Assembly: GCA_963715335.1 (NCBI GenBank)
Contig: CAVQRZ010000031.1
Coordinates: 1-64,000, forward strand
DNA length: 64,000 bases
Direction: 5' to 3'
DNA from: an uncultured delta proteobacterium
Lineage (GTDB): Bacteria; Desulfobacterota; Desulfuromonadia; Desulfuromonadales; BM103
Below the pieces are notes generated by a model. It saw nothing but the letters and a program-made list of their open reading frames with translations. It was not told the DNA's origin and made no database searches. Both the position numbers and the translations under genes were made by a program. Shown one piece after another: positions 11,251-21,808 of this stretch (its first letter is position 1; every line of letters begins with the position of its first letter).

Positions 11251-11976
11251 CTACGCCCGGCCAACGACGGCAACCCGGATTTCTTCCGCGCCGCCTCGCA
11301 CAAGGGTTCGACAACACTCACGCACGGTTGCGCCGGTCGTCATAATGTCGTCTACCAGCAGCGCCCTGACCCCGGTCACCTGCCCGGCAAGGACAAAGGC
11401 CTTGCGCAGATTACGACTGCGTTGGTCTGCCGGCAGCCCCTGTTGTGGCGGCGTGTTGCGAGCGCGTTGCAGCAGGTCGGCCCGGATCGGCAGCCCAAGC
11501 TGGCGCGAGAGCGGCCTGGCGATCTCGAGAGCCTGATTATAGCCACGACTCCTTAGCCGTTGAGGATGCAACGGTACCGGGATGATGCAGTCCAGCGAAG
11601 GTTCGGCGCTTGAGTTGGCGACAACTCCGGCGAGGATCAATCCCAGGGGGTGGGCGAGGATGAGCTGGTTGCGGTACTTCAACCGGTGCACGGCTTCTTT
11701 TATGCTGCCATGGTATCTGCCGGCGGCGTGAACCCTGGTGAAATCGGGGGGATGTTTCAGGCAGGCACCGCAGAGATGGCCGGATGTTGCGCCGGCAAAG
11801 GGCCGGGCGCAGAGGCAACAGTGAGCAGGTCCCAGCGGGGTTACTCCTGCCAGGCATGCCTCGCAGAAGTCGACGTCTCTTGTCGAATCCCGAAGGCGCT
11901 GCCCGCAGAGCAGGCAGGCCGGTGGCAGAAAAAGATCGACACTCGCCTTAAGGCTTTTGCAGAAGTCTTGCCACAT
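11251..11976 (-). CDS. comF: ComF family amidophosphoribosyltransferase-like protein
   Basis: N-terminal double zinc ribbon, PVPLH..RL..RGYNQA and LLVDDIMTTGAT. Confidence 0.9.
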   Translation of the reverse strand: MWQDFCKSLKASVDLFLPPACLLCGQRLRDSTRDVDFCEACLAGVTPLGPAHCCLCARPFAGATSGHLCGACLKHPPDFTRVHAAGRYHGSIKEAVHRLKYRNQLILAHPLGLILAGVVANSSAEPSLDCIIPVPLHPQRLRSRGYNQALEIARPLSRQLGLPIRADLLQRARNTPPQQGLPADQRSRNLRKAFVLAGQVTGVRALLVDDIMTTGATVRECCRTLVRGGAEEIRVAVVGRA

Positions 11977-12125
11977 GAATCCCTCCATAACTCAATACAT
12001 TGCAATTAACAACAGGGCAAATGCTAACGCAAAAACGCAAAGAATGGAATCAAGATGCGAGGGAAAAACATCGCAAACAGCGGCTTATTGTATTTTTAAA
12101 CAGGGGTTCTGCAACAGGATTATGC

Positions 12126-13656
12126 TCAGGAAATCAGGCTTTTCCCTGTCATCTCCGGCGGGACGGCCAGGCCCATCAGGTCGAGAATGGTCGGGGCCAG
12201 ATCGGCAAGAATTCCCGGCCGCAGAGCCGCCTGCCGGTTGTCCGGATCGACCAGGAACAACGGCACGCGATTGGCTGTGTGTGCAGTTTGCGGTGCGCCG
12301 TTTTCATCTGTCATGGTTTCGCAGTTGCCGTGATCGGCGGTGATCAGGGCGCAGCCTCCGGCTTCAAGCAGGGCGTCGACAACGCGGCCGGCGCACTCAT
12401 CAACGGTCTCCATGGCAGCAACCGCTGCCCGGAGAATTCCGGTGTGGCCGACCATGTCTGGGTTGGCGAAGTTGAGGACGATCAGGTCATAGGTCCCCTG
12501 CCTGATGCGGCGGACTGCTTCGTCGGTGACCTCAAAAGCGCTCATGGCCGGTTTCTGGTCGTAGGTCGCAACGTCTTGCGGTGACGGCACCAGGACCCTG
12601 TCTTCGTTGGCGAACGGGACTTCTTCCCCGCCGTTGAAGAAGAAGGTGACGTGGGCGTATTTTTCCGTTTCCGCAATCCGCAGCTGTTTCAGGCCTGCCT
12701 CTGCCACGACTTCGCCGAGGATGTTGTGCAGGCTCTCCGAGGTGAACGCAACCGGCAGCTTGAATGTCGCATCGTATTCGGTCAGGCAGACGAATGTCGA
12801 GAGCTGCGGAACGCTTGGCCGCGGGAAGGCGTCGAAGCCGGGCAGGGTAAAGGCCCGGGTGATTTCACGGGCCCGGTCGGCGCGGAAGTTGAAGAAAAAG
12901 ATCCCGTCGCCGTCTTTGATTAGCCCGGCCGGTGAACCGTTCCGCAGGATAACCCGCGGTTCGACGAATTCATCGGTCTGGCCTGCGCCGTAGGCGGCAC
13001 GAATCGCCTCCGCCGCGGATTCGGCTGTTTGTCCTTCGCCGAGCACCATGGCCCGCCAGGCCCGCTTGACACGGTCCCACCGGTTGTCGCGGTCCATGGC
13101 ATAATAACGGCCGGTCACCGTGGCCAGGCAGCCATGGCCCAGGCGCGCCATTTCCGTCTCAAGCTCTTCGAGGTATCTGGCCCCGCTTTGCGGTGGCGTG
13201 TCGCGCCCGTCCATAAACGCATGAACGCATGCATCGACGCCCGCCCGCCTTGCCAGTTCAATCAGTGCATAGAGATGAGTGTTGTGCGAGTGGACCCCGC
13301 CGTCGGATAAAAGCCCCATCAGGTGAAGCTTGCCGCCAGCCTGGCGAATCGTTGCCAGGTTGGAGATGAACGTCTGGTTGGTGAAGAAGTCGCCTTCCTG
13401 CGATGCTGCGACTGATCCTGGTCAGCTCCTGGTAGACGATCCGGCCGGCGCCGATATTCAGATGCCCGACCTCCGAGTTGCCCATCTGCCCTTCGGGCAG
13501 ACCGACGTTGAGTCCCGAGGCATTCAGCCAGGTCGTTGGATATGCCCTTGCGAATTCATCCAGCCGCGGGGTTTGCGCCTGGCAGACAGCGTTGTTCTCA
13601 CAGCTCTCGTTGATTCCCCAGCCATCAAGGATAATCAGGGCAACCGGTTTTCTCAT
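12126..13656 (-). CDS. gpmI: 2,3-bisphosphoglycerate-independent phosphoglycerate mutase, split by a frameshift near 13399
   Basis: LIILDGWG and [10 protein letters not shown] in ORF 13258..13668; [23 protein letters not shown] and ADHGN in ORF 12126..13319. Confidence 0.95.
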
Positions 13657-15035
13657 GCACCTTCCCACTCTTTTTGCTCGCCGTGATGTACGAGCATTTT
13701 ATCCAGGGCGATCGGGCGGGCTTGCTGAATGAGCTTGCTGTCGATCAGGCTGGAGCTGTTCCACTCGCCGCACGCTGGGCAGCGACTGTTCCACTCGTTG
13801 GCAACATGCTGACATTTTTCACAGACGAAATTGAGACGCAGGCGTTTGGATATGCCCAGGGCTTTTTTGTATTCATTGATCGCCCGCTCCGAGTCGTGGC
13901 AACGGCGATATGTCTCTGCCAGCAGCAAGTGAACCTGGGAAGATTCGACGCCAGAACTTTCCACGGCCTGCAACTGCTCCTTGGCTTCGTCGATCATCTC
14001 CAGTCGCAGGCAGAGCTTGCCGTAGAAGATACGGAACATCAGGTCGTCACCCTGTTCGAGACTCTGGCTGCGGAAGAAGTTCAGGAGTGAGGAAGGGTCC
14101 TCGCGTTTCATGTAATAATCTTCAAGACGCTCGAGGAAGATCCCTTTGCCGAGTTTCCGGTAGCCTTCCTGCCAGACTTTGACAGCATCATCGCCGCGGT
14201 TCAATGCCACATAGGCGTCGCCCAGGGAGACCCGGGCCGGGGTGAAATCGTCTTTTTGGCGCAGGATATCTTTCAACTCGGATTTCGCATCGTTGGGGGA
14301 GCCGTCGATGATGGCCAGGCTTGCCACTTCGTAGCGCAGGTAGAGGAGCAACTCTTTTTCGCTGGCGACACGATTGGCTCCGGGTCCGGCCTTGAGAATC
14401 TGGCGCTGGACGTCCAGAGCGTCCCGCCAGCGATCGTGCTTGATGTAGAGGTCGCGCATGGCCCGGAGCGCCTTGCGATTGTCTTTTTCCAGGGCGACCA
14501 GCTCCTGGTATGTCGCGATCGCCTCGTCGTCCTGTCCGGTCTCTTCCTGGATAGCCGCAGTCTTGAAGAGGACTTCCATGCTTTTCGGATCTATGCTGCT
14601 GGCTTTGCGCAGTAAGTTAAGGCCTTCCGTGGGATTGCCTTCCTGGCTGCTGAGGGTTGCCAGGGCGATCAGGATATCGACCCGTTTCGGGTCACGATCC
14701 AGGGCCTTGTTCAGCAGCCCGTGGGCTTTCTTCAGGTCGCCGGAAAGCAGCCGGCCGACACCCTCGCGATAGATGGCGCCGATCTCACGCTGTTTCTTTT
14801 CGGAACGGTCACGGCTCCAATGTTTTATCCAGTGGGTAACGATGGTGTAGAAGTGGGCCCCGAAGCCAAGCACCAGGCCGAGAATGACGCAACCAATGAC
14901 TATCATCGCGGCCGGGTAGGTCAGGCTCTGCTCGGGCAGGTAGAAGACCGTCACCATGTGCGGGTTCAGACCCCAGAAATAGAGAAAAAACAGAACAAAA
15001 AAGATAAAAAGTAACAATACGGCCATGAATGTCAT
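13653..15035 (-). CDS. TPR protein with N-terminal LapA-like TM region and C-terminal rubredoxin-like domain (LapB-like)
   Basis: Two N-terminal TM helices, TPR repeats and C-terminal CEKC...CPACGEW. Confidence 0.75.
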   Translation of the reverse strand: MTFMAVLLLFIFFVLFFLYFWGLNPHMVTVFYLPEQSLTYPAAMIVIGCVILGLVLGFGAHFYTIVTHWIKHWSRDRSEKKQREIGAIYREGVGRLLSGDLKKAHGLLNKALDRDPKRVDILIALATLSSQEGNPTEGLNLLRKASSIDPKSMEVLFKTAAIQEETGQDDEAIATYQELVALEKDNRKALRAMRDLYIKHDRWRDALDVQRQILKAGPGANRVASEKELLLYLRYEVASLAIIDGSPNDAKSELKDILRQKDDFTPARVSLGDAYVALNRGDDAVKVWQEGYRKLGKGIFLERLEDYYMKREDPSSLLNFFRSQSLEQGDDLMFRIFYGKLCLRLEMIDEAKEQLQAVESSGVESSQVHLLLAETYRRCHDSERAINEYKKALGISKRLRLNFVCEKCQHVANEWNSRCPACGEWNSSSLIDSKLIQQARPIALDKMLVHHGEQKEWEGA

Positions 15036-15077
15036 TGTGTCCTCCCGGAATCCATTCCACCAAGAATCGGAGTCTGT

Positions 15078-15428
15078 TTATTCGCCAAATTTTTCGATGT
15101 CGGTTTTACACTCAATACAATACCGCGAAAAGGGGCGGACTTCCATGCGTCGCGGTGAAATTTCCTCGCCACAGCTCGCGCAAATGCCATATTCTCCGCT
15201 TTCGATCTTCTCCAGGGCCACCTCAATGTCGCGAATCCGCTGGCGCTTGGTCTCGCTGACATTGAATAGCACGTCACGGCTGTAGGCCACGGATGACATG
15301 TCGCCGATGTCGGGGACACCATCCTGGCCGATCTCGCGGCAGGTCTCGTAAGAATTGCTTACGTCCCGCAACAGCTCCTGGCGCTCTTTCAGTAGCTGCT
15401 TCTTGACCTGCTCAAACTGGTCACTCAT
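15078..15428 (-). CDS. TraR/DksA C4-type zinc finger protein
   Basis: Coiled coil with DIGD, then YGICASCGEEI...RYCIECK. Confidence 0.88.
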   Translation of the reverse strand: MSDQFEQVKKQLLKERQELLRDVSNSYETCREIGQDGVPDIGDMSSVAYSRDVLFNVSETKRQRIRDIEVALEKIESGEYGICASCGEEISPRRMEVRPFSRYCIECKTDIEKFGE

Positions 15429-15567
15429 GCTGCTCTCCTTTGAATATAGGCTCGAAATCACATTCTAAAAGATATCTTGCAAGTTAACCACAAAAGAAGG
15501 GCTTCCGACGAAAAAAAACATCTTAGCGGGCGGATCCTCCGCCTGGCGGGGGTAAACACCTTGCCCG

Positions 15568-16038
15568 TTAGTGATGGTAGGGTTCATTGCGGATAATCGT
15601 GCAGCATCGATATAATTGCTCGAGGAGCAGCAGCCGTGCCATCTGATGGGTGAGGGTCATGGCCGATAGAGACAGGACCAGGTCCGCCTGTTCGCGCAAG
15701 GCGTCACTCAATCCATACGGGCCACCGATCAGGATGGTCCATTCCGGAATGCTCTGCAACATGTGCTCGTTCATCAAGGCGGCAAGCTGCTCCGAACTGA
15801 GCTGTTTGCCGCGCTGGTCAAGGGCGATGACGAAGGTCCCTGCGGGGAGGCGCTGCGCCAAAAGCTCCCCTTCGGTTGCGACAATCCGCGCTAAATCCTG
15901 CTTGCTGCCGGTTTTGTGTTCCTTGATCTCCGTGATCACCAGGGGCATGTAGCGCTTGAGGCGGCCAGCAAATTCACTGCAGCCTTCGTTCAGGTAGGGC
16001 AGGGTCAGCCGGCCGACACAGAGCAGGTTAAACTTCAC
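15568..16038 (-). CDS. rlmH: 23S rRNA (pseudouridine1915-N3)-methyltransferase
   Basis: IGGPYG and LSAMTLTHQMARLLLLEQLYR...PYH; downstream of rsfS. Confidence 0.95.
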   Translation of the reverse strand: MKFNLLCVGRLTLPYLNEGCSEFAGRLKRYMPLVITEIKEHKTGSKQDLARIVATEGELLAQRLPAGTFVIALDQRGKQLSSEQLAALMNEHMLQSIPEWTILIGGPYGLSDALREQADLVLSLSAMTLTHQMARLLLLEQLYRCCTIIRNEPYHH

Positions 16039-16412
16039 GAAGTGGCCCGGGCGGTTTCCGGGGCTTCGTCATTGACAGGAATTTCTCCGGCATCACACCA
16101 GAGGCCGTCCAGATCATAAAAGAGCCGCACCGGTTCGTGAAAAACATGCACCATGACATCCCCGTAATCGATCAGGACCCACCGCCCTTCATTGAGCCCT
16201 TCGATGCCGATCGGCACGGTGTCATGGTCTTTCTTCAGGCCCAGGTGAACAGACTCTGCTGCTGCCGAGACCTGCCTGTCTGAGCTGCCCGAGGCGATGA
16301 CCAGAAAATCTGTGAGTGACGATATCTTGCGAACGTCCAGGATGCGAACGTTGAAGGCTTTCTTGTCGAGGACATAAGCAGCGCAGAGCTGCGCCCGGTC
16401 TATGGATTGCAA
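16035..16412 (-). CDS. rsfS: Ribosome silencing factor
   Basis: DKKA and WVLIDYGDVMVHVF...R.FYDLDGLW; TTG start with AAGGAG RBS. Confidence 0.95.
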   Translation of the reverse strand: MQSIDRAQLCAAYVLDKKAFNVRILDVRKISSLTDFLVIASGSSDRQVSAAAESVHLGLKKDHDTVPIGIEGLNEGRWVLIDYGDVMVHVFHEPVRLFYDLDGLWCDAGEIPVNDEAPETARATS

Positions 16413-16413
16413 A

Positions 16414-17079
16414 TTACTGACTCCTTGTGCTTGACGTTGTGCGGTAGAGCCCATGCTCTTCAATATAGTCTGCGACAGTTGGAGGGACCAGCTGGCGGAC
16501 TGATTGACCCTCAATCAGTCGCTGGCGGACCTGCGTCGAGGAAATGTCGAGGTGGGTTTCCGATAGAAAGAACACATAATTACCTGATTTGTGGAGAATT
16601 TTATCCGCCCGCTTATCGTAGCAGAAGTCCCCGCGGATGGCAACGGGCAGGGGCTCAAGCGGATTCTCGATGGCAACCCCGGGGCGGGTTGTCACCACCA
16701 GGTGGCAAAGGCTGAAAAGCCGGGCAAAGTCCTTCCATGAGGCGATATCACGATAAGAGTCGAGCCCTATAATGAAGAAGCGTTCGCCGCTCGGGTCTTC
16801 CCCACGCAGGATTTCCAGCGTGTCTACGGAGAAGCTCTTGCCGCTGCGGCGAATCTCCAGGTCAGAGACCTGGAATAGCGGGTATCCGCTGATTGCCGCT
16901 TTAACCATGGCGACCCGGTGGGCAAAAGAGACCTCGCCGGCGAGATCCTTGTGTGGCGGATCGGCCGCAGGAATAAACAGGACCCGGTCGAGCAGGAACT
17001 CCTGTTGGGCCGCTTCGGCGATGCGCAGATGCGCCAGGTGGATCGGATTGAATGTTCCGCCCAGAATGCCGGTTTTCAT
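16414..17079 (-). CDS. nadD: Nicotinate-nucleotide adenylyltransferase
   Basis: GILGGTFNPIHLAH, PPHK and ISST motifs. Confidence 0.96.
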   Translation of the reverse strand: MKTGILGGTFNPIHLAHLRIAEAAQQEFLLDRVLFIPAADPPHKDLAGEVSFAHRVAMVKAAISGYPLFQVSDLEIRRSGKSFSVDTLEILRGEDPSGERFFIIGLDSYRDIASWKDFARLFSLCHLVVTTRPGVAIENPLEPLPVAIRGDFCYDKRADKILHKSGNYVFFLSETHLDISSTQVRQRLIEGQSVRQLVPPTVADYIEEHGLYRTTSSTRSQ

Positions 17080-17130
17080 AACGATAAGATTCGATTTCGG
17101 GTCGGGTTCAAAACAAAACACCAAAAACGT

Positions 17131-17203
17131 TTAACGCAAAGGCGCAAAGGTTAAAGATAGGGTGCAAAGAAGACCCTGATGCTATAGGGATCCCTTCGCG
17201 TTA
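17131..17203. repeat. Degenerate member of the (CGCAAAG)n inverted-repeat family
   Basis: TTAACGCAAAGGCGCAAAG ... CTTCGCGTTAG in the proA-nadD spacer; same motif as at 28690 and 29553. Confidence 0.5.
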
Positions 17204-17227
17204 GTTCCTCCCTTTTTTACCTGTTGT

Positions 17228-18484
17228 TCAGGAGCGAATCTGGCCGTCGCCCAGGACAATGAATTTGCGCGTTGTCAGATCTTCCAGGCCCATCGGCCCG
17301 AAGGCGTGCAGCTTGGTCGTGGAGATGCCGATTTCCGCTCCCAGGCCGAACTGGTTGCCGTCGGAAAAGCGTGATGAAGCGTTGACCATGACGACGCTCG
17401 AGTTGACCTGCCGCAGGAACTTCTGTGAGTTTTCGTAGTCGCGGGTGACGATCACCTCGGTATGCAGGGAGCCATACTTGCGGATATGGGCAATCGCCTC
17501 GGTGAGGCTTTCGACGACCCGCACGGCCAGCGTCAGGTCGAGGTACTCGGCGTACCAGTCTTCTTCCGTTGCCGGCAGGACCGTTTCGGCGAACTCCCGT
17601 GTGGTTGCGCAGCCGCGCAGTTCCACCCCTTGGGCCCGCATCGCGGCCGCTATGCGGGGGACAAAGGTTTCGGCAATGTCCTGGTGAATGAGCAGTGTCT
17701 CCATGGCATTGCAGACCCCGGGACGCTGGACCTTGGCATTAATGCAGATCTTTTCTGCCTGCTCGTAGTCGGCGCTCGCATCAACGAAGGTGTGGCACAC
17801 GCCCTTGTAGTGCTTGATGACAGGAATCCGTGAATTCTCACTGACGAAGCGGATCAGGCCTTCTCCGCCGCGCGGGATGATCAGGTCGATCTCATCTTCC
17901 AGCTTGAGCAGCTCCAGAATCGCAGCGCGGTCGGTGGTCTCGATCACCTGTACGGCTGCCGCGGGCAGGCGCATCCGCTCCAACTGGCTCTTCAGGATTC
18001 TGCCGATGGCCAGGTTGGAATGAATTGCCTCCTTGCCGCCACGCAGGATTACGGCATTACCACTTTTCAGACAAAGCCCGGCGGCGTCGGCAGTGACATT
18101 CGGCCGTGACTCGTAAACGATGCCGATGACCCCCAGCGGAATCCGCATGCGGCCGATCTGCAACTCATTGGGGCGTCGCCACATCCCGGTCACTTCACCG
18201 ACCGGGTCCGGCAGCTCTGCAACTTCGCAGAGGCCGTCAGCCATGCCCCTGATTCCTGGGCCATCGAGGGCCAGTCGGTCGATCATGGCCGAGGCCAGGC
18301 CGGCCTCGCGCGCAGCGATCAGGTCTTTCTCGTTCTCCTCGATCAACAGTTCGGTGTGGTCCAGAAGAGACCGGGCCATGTTTCGCAACAGCTCGTTCTT
18401 GACGGCAGCAGAAAGTCCGGCGAGAGTCTGGGATGCGGTCTTGGCATCCTGTGCGACTTTCAGCATCTGCTCAGTTACGCTCAT
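17228..18484 (-). CDS. proA: Glutamate-5-semialdehyde dehydrogenase
   Basis: [16 protein letters not shown] and [19 protein letters not shown]. Confidence 0.97.
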   Translation of the reverse strand: MSVTEQMLKVAQDAKTASQTLAGLSAAVKNELLRNMARSLLDHTELLIEENEKDLIAAREAGLASAMIDRLALDGPGIRGMADGLCEVAELPDPVGEVTGMWRRPNELQIGRMRIPLGVIGIVYESRPNVTADAAGLCLKSGNAVILRGGKEAIHSNLAIGRILKSQLERMRLPAAAVQVIETTDRAAILELLKLEDEIDLIIPRGGEGLIRFVSENSRIPVIKHYKGVCHTFVDASADYEQAEKICINAKVQRPGVCNAMETLLIHQDIAETFVPRIAAAMRAQGVELRGCATTREFAETVLPATEEDWYAEYLDLTLAVRVVESLTEAIAHIRKYGSLHTEVIVTRDYENSQKFLRQVNSSVVMVNASSRFSDGNQFGLGAEIGISTTKLHAFGPMGLEDLTTRKFIVLGDGQIRS

Positions 18485-18518
18485 CCTCTGGCTCCTTTAT
18501 CCTTGCGGGGCTATCCAT

Positions 18519-19646
18519 TCAGGAACTTATGACAAAATTGTCCCGGTGGACGACTTCATCGCCATACTGGTAACCAAGAATCTGGAGAATCTCCTTGGTG
18601 TTCTTGCCGATGATGCGAATCAGTTCGGCCGAATTGTAATTGGTCACCCCTTTGGCGAACTCTTTACCGTTGAAGTCGCAAAGCCGTACAGCGTCACCGC
18701 GCTCGAAGGTGCCTTCCAGTCGGTGGATCCCCGATGGCAGAAGACTCTTGCCACGTTCTGCCACGGCTTTTTGTGCGCCTTCATCGAGGATCAGCTTGCC
18801 TTTCGGCTTTTTGGTGAAAGCGATCCAGTGCTTGCGTGCGGCCATCCGGTCGCGCGCCGGCAGGAAATAGGTGCCGAGCTCGTGGCCGTCGAAAAGGTAA
18901 AGCAGGTTGTGGGGGGGCAGGCCATTGATGATTGCTGTGCCCGCCCCGAACAGCGTGGCCCGCTTGGCCGCTTTCAGTTTGGTTGTCATGCCGCCTGTGC
19001 CGAGCATGGTCGCTTCCTTGCCGGCCATGGCCTCGATCTCAGGCGTAATTCGTTCAACTTCCGAGATCAATTTGGCCTCGGCATTGTGTCGCGGGTCACT
19101 ATCGAAAAGGCCGTCGACATCGGACAGGATCACAAGCAGTTGGGCTTCGACCAGGTTGGTCGCCATTGCCGACAGGTTGTCGTTATCACCGAAACGGATT
19201 TCATCGATCACAACCGTATCATTCTCGTTAATGATCGGTACAACGCTATAGTCGAGCAGGGTCATCAGGGTGTTGCGGGCATTCAGGTAGCGGCGGCGAT
19301 TAGCAAGGTCGTCGCGGGTCAAAAGAATCTGGGCGGCGGTCAGCCCGTGTTGACGAAGCGCATCCTTGTAAGCACGCATCAGGCGGCTTTGACCAATGGC
19401 CGCGGCAGCCTGTTTGAGAGGGAGCGACAGGGTTCGCGCGCTGCCTTTGATGCCGAGGTCCGCTTTGCCTGCGGCAACCGCCCCGGAAGAGACAAGAATA
19501 ACTTCATAACCGCGCTGGCGGAGTGAGTGGACATCCTCGCAGAGCGTGGCCATGCGCTTGAGATCGAGGCCGCTGTGGTCGGAGATGACGCCACTGCCGA
19601 TCTTGATAACCACCCGTTTGACATGTGCCAGTAAGATCGTGCGCAT
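18519..19646 (-). CDS. proB: Glutamate 5-kinase
   Basis: VIKIGS, SSGAVAAG, NENDTV, FGDNDNLSA, GTGGMTTK and PUA domain. Confidence 0.97.
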   Translation of the reverse strand: MRTILLAHVKRVVIKIGSGVISDHSGLDLKRMATLCEDVHSLRQRGYEVILVSSGAVAAGKADLGIKGSARTLSLPLKQAAAAIGQSRLMRAYKDALRQHGLTAAQILLTRDDLANRRRYLNARNTLMTLLDYSVVPIINENDTVVIDEIRFGDNDNLSAMATNLVEAQLLVILSDVDGLFDSDPRHNAEAKLISEVERITPEIEAMAGKEATMLGTGGMTTKLKAAKRATLFGAGTAIINGLPPHNLLYLFDGHELGTYFLPARDRMAARKHWIAFTKKPKGKLILDEGAQKAVAERGKSLLPSGIHRLEGTFERGDAVRLCDFNGKEFAKGVTNYNSAELIRIIGKNTKEILQILGYQYGDEVVHRDNFVISS

Positions 19647-19694
19647 TTTAAGTCTCTGCCCGTCCATGAAAGATGCTGAAAAAACTGGAGAATT

Positions 19695-20735
19695 TTACCC
19701 CTGGGGGGGGCGCCTGTCAAGCTGGCCGGCTTGACGCATGTGGTCGAGCTCGCTGGCAACTTTGATCACGAGTTCCGGCAGCCCCTCGCGCGTCACTGCC
19801 GAGATGGCCAGGGTCTGATAACCCCGTTCCTCGAAGACCGGACGCAGTTCAGCCGTCTGCTGACGAACCTCGGTGATATCCTGCTTGGTGAAAACCACCA
19901 GCATCGGCCTTTTTGCCAGGTCCTGGTTGTATCGCTCCAGCTCGCGGTTGATCTGGTCAAAGTTGTCGATCGGGTCGCCTGTCTGGAGACCCGACAGGTC
20001 GACGAGGTGTAAAAAAAGGTCGGTCCGTTCAATGTGCCTGAGAAAACGTGTGCCCAGGCCATGGCCGTCGCTGGCGCCTTCAATCAGTCCGGGGATGTCG
20101 GCCATGACGAATGAACGAAAATCGCCGTGCTTGACGACGCCGAGGTTCGGTACCAGGGTGGTAAACGGATAGTCGGCGATTTTCGGTCGGGCGGCGGAGA
20201 TACTAGAAATCAGGGTCGACTTGCCGGCGTTTGGGAGCCCCACCAGGCCGACATCGGCGAGCAGCTTGAGCTGCAGTCGCAAGGTTCGCTCCTCTCCTGG
20301 CATCCCCGGCTGGGTGTGCCGAGGAGCCCGGTTGGTTGAGGTCAAAAACCGGGCATTGCCGCGCCCTCCCTGGCCGCCTTTGAGCAGACAGAAACCCTGT
20401 TCGGCCTCGGTCAGGTCGGCAAGCAGTTCGCCGCTGTCTTCATCGTAGACCAGGGTGCCCGGTGGAACCTTGATGGCCAGGTCTTCGCCGCTTTTGCCGT
20501 GCATGTTCTTGCCCATTCCCGGGGCCCCGTTCTGGGCTTTGAGATGCTGTCGGTAGCGCAGATCGAGCAGGGTTGACAGGGCCATGTCGACTTCCAGCAT
20601 GACATCGCCGCCGCGACCGCCATCGCCGCCGTCAGGTCCGCCGAGCGGGACGAACTTCTCCCTGCGGAACGAAAGGCAACCGCGACCACCGTCGCCGGCC
20701 TTGGCGTGTATTTTGACTTCGTCGATGAATTTCAT
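19695..20735 (-). CDS. obgE: GTPase ObgE
   Basis: Gly-rich Obg fold, GLPNAGKS, YPFTTL and DIPGLIEGA. Confidence 0.98.
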   Translation of the reverse strand: MKFIDEVKIHAKAGDGGRGCLSFRREKFVPLGGPDGGDGGRGGDVMLEVDMALSTLLDLRYRQHLKAQNGAPGMGKNMHGKSGEDLAIKVPPGTLVYDEDSGELLADLTEAEQGFCLLKGGQGGRGNARFLTSTNRAPRHTQPGMPGEERTLRLQLKLLADVGLVGLPNAGKSTLISSISAARPKIADYPFTTLVPNLGVVKHGDFRSFVMADIPGLIEGASDGHGLGTRFLRHIERTDLFLHLVDLSGLQTGDPIDNFDQINRELERYNQDLAKRPMLVVFTKQDITEVRQQTAELRPVFEERGYQTLAISAVTREGLPELVIKVASELDHMRQAGQLDRRPPQG

Positions 20736-20821
20736 AGTTTAAATTGCGAAGGCGAAGTGCGAGATGGGAAAAAGCTTTTTCACGCGTCTCGCTCCGCACC
20801 TCTTGTTTAGAATCTAACACA

Positions 20822-20857
20822 AAAAACCCGAAGCTCACTTGAGAACCTCGGGTTTTT
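20822..20857 (-). terminator. Intrinsic terminator after rpmA
   Basis: AAAAACCCGA...TCGGGTTTTT hairpin with T-tracts. Confidence 0.6.
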
Positions 20858-20880
20858 AAACTTAGTTCAGGGGTTACGCT

Positions 20881-21132
20881 TCAGGCGTAGACGCTGACTT
20901 TCTTGCGGTCCTTGCCGAGGCGCTCGAACTTGACCTTGCCTTCGACCAGGGCAAACAGGGTGTAGTCTTTGCCGCAGCCGACATTGTTGCCGGGATGAAT
21001 GGAGGTGCCGCGCTGGCGAACCAGAATCGAGCCGGCCGTTACAAGTTGGCCATCGTAGCGCTTGACTCCGAGGCGCTTGCCAGCACTATCGCGACCGTTA
21101 CGGGTGCTGCCACCCGCTTTCTTATGAGCCAT
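20881..21132 (-). CDS. rpmA: 50S ribosomal protein L27
   Basis: [16 protein letters not shown]. Confidence 0.99.
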   Translation of the reverse strand: MAHKKAGGSTRNGRDSAGKRLGVKRYDGQLVTAGSILVRQRGTSIHPGNNVGCGKDYTLFALVEGKVKFERLGKDRKKVSVYA

Positions 21133-21143
21133 GGTTTTACTCC

Positions 21144-21452
21144 TTAAGCTTCAATATCTGTAATCTTCAGACGAGTGATGGGCTGACGGTGGCCGTTTTT
21201 CTTGCGAGAGTTTTTGCGCCGCTTCGATTTGAATACCAGGATTTTCTTGTCCTTACCCTGTTCAACAATCTGCGCTTTAACTTTCGCTTCCGGCAAGAGA
21301 GGTGTTCCGATTTTGACCTCTTCTCCGCCAACCATGAGGACCTCGTTCAATTCGATGGTGTCACCTACAGCACCATCCAGTTTTTCGACCTTGAGAAGGT
21401 CGCCTGCGGAAACTTTGTACTGTTTTCCTCCGGTTTTAATGACCGCATACAT
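21144..21452 (-). CDS. rplU: 50S ribosomal protein L21
   Basis: [14 protein letters not shown]...GHRQPIT. Confidence 0.99.
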   Translation of the reverse strand: MYAVIKTGGKQYKVSAGDLLKVEKLDGAVGDTIELNEVLMVGGEEVKIGTPLLPEAKVKAQIVEQGKDKKILVFKSKRRKNSRKKNGHRQPITRLKITDIEA

Positions 21453-21808
21453 CGCCAGTCACCTCGCTTTCTTACCTTGGATTACGGGCTTTGCCCGCTC
21501 AGGAACTGGTATTTATACGTCTGGCGCCAAGGGGGTGTCAAGTAAATAATGGATCGCGATGATGCCTGTCAACAGCGGGATGCAGGCCTTCTGCCTGGTA
21601 ATCCTGTCGGCCATGTGACGTTTTTAACCCTTTGCGAAGTTGCGCGACCTTGTTTCCTGAGCTGTTTGACAAGGCGTTGCTCGATAGAGCTCAAGAAAAA
21701 GTGCCTAAACGGTTCAAATCCATGTCTATTAAAATGGTGAAATCATGCTAAACTACCAAACCGTACGGACGCTGTGCCTGTGGCGCCCTGCTCTATCCAG
21801 GAGATGCA

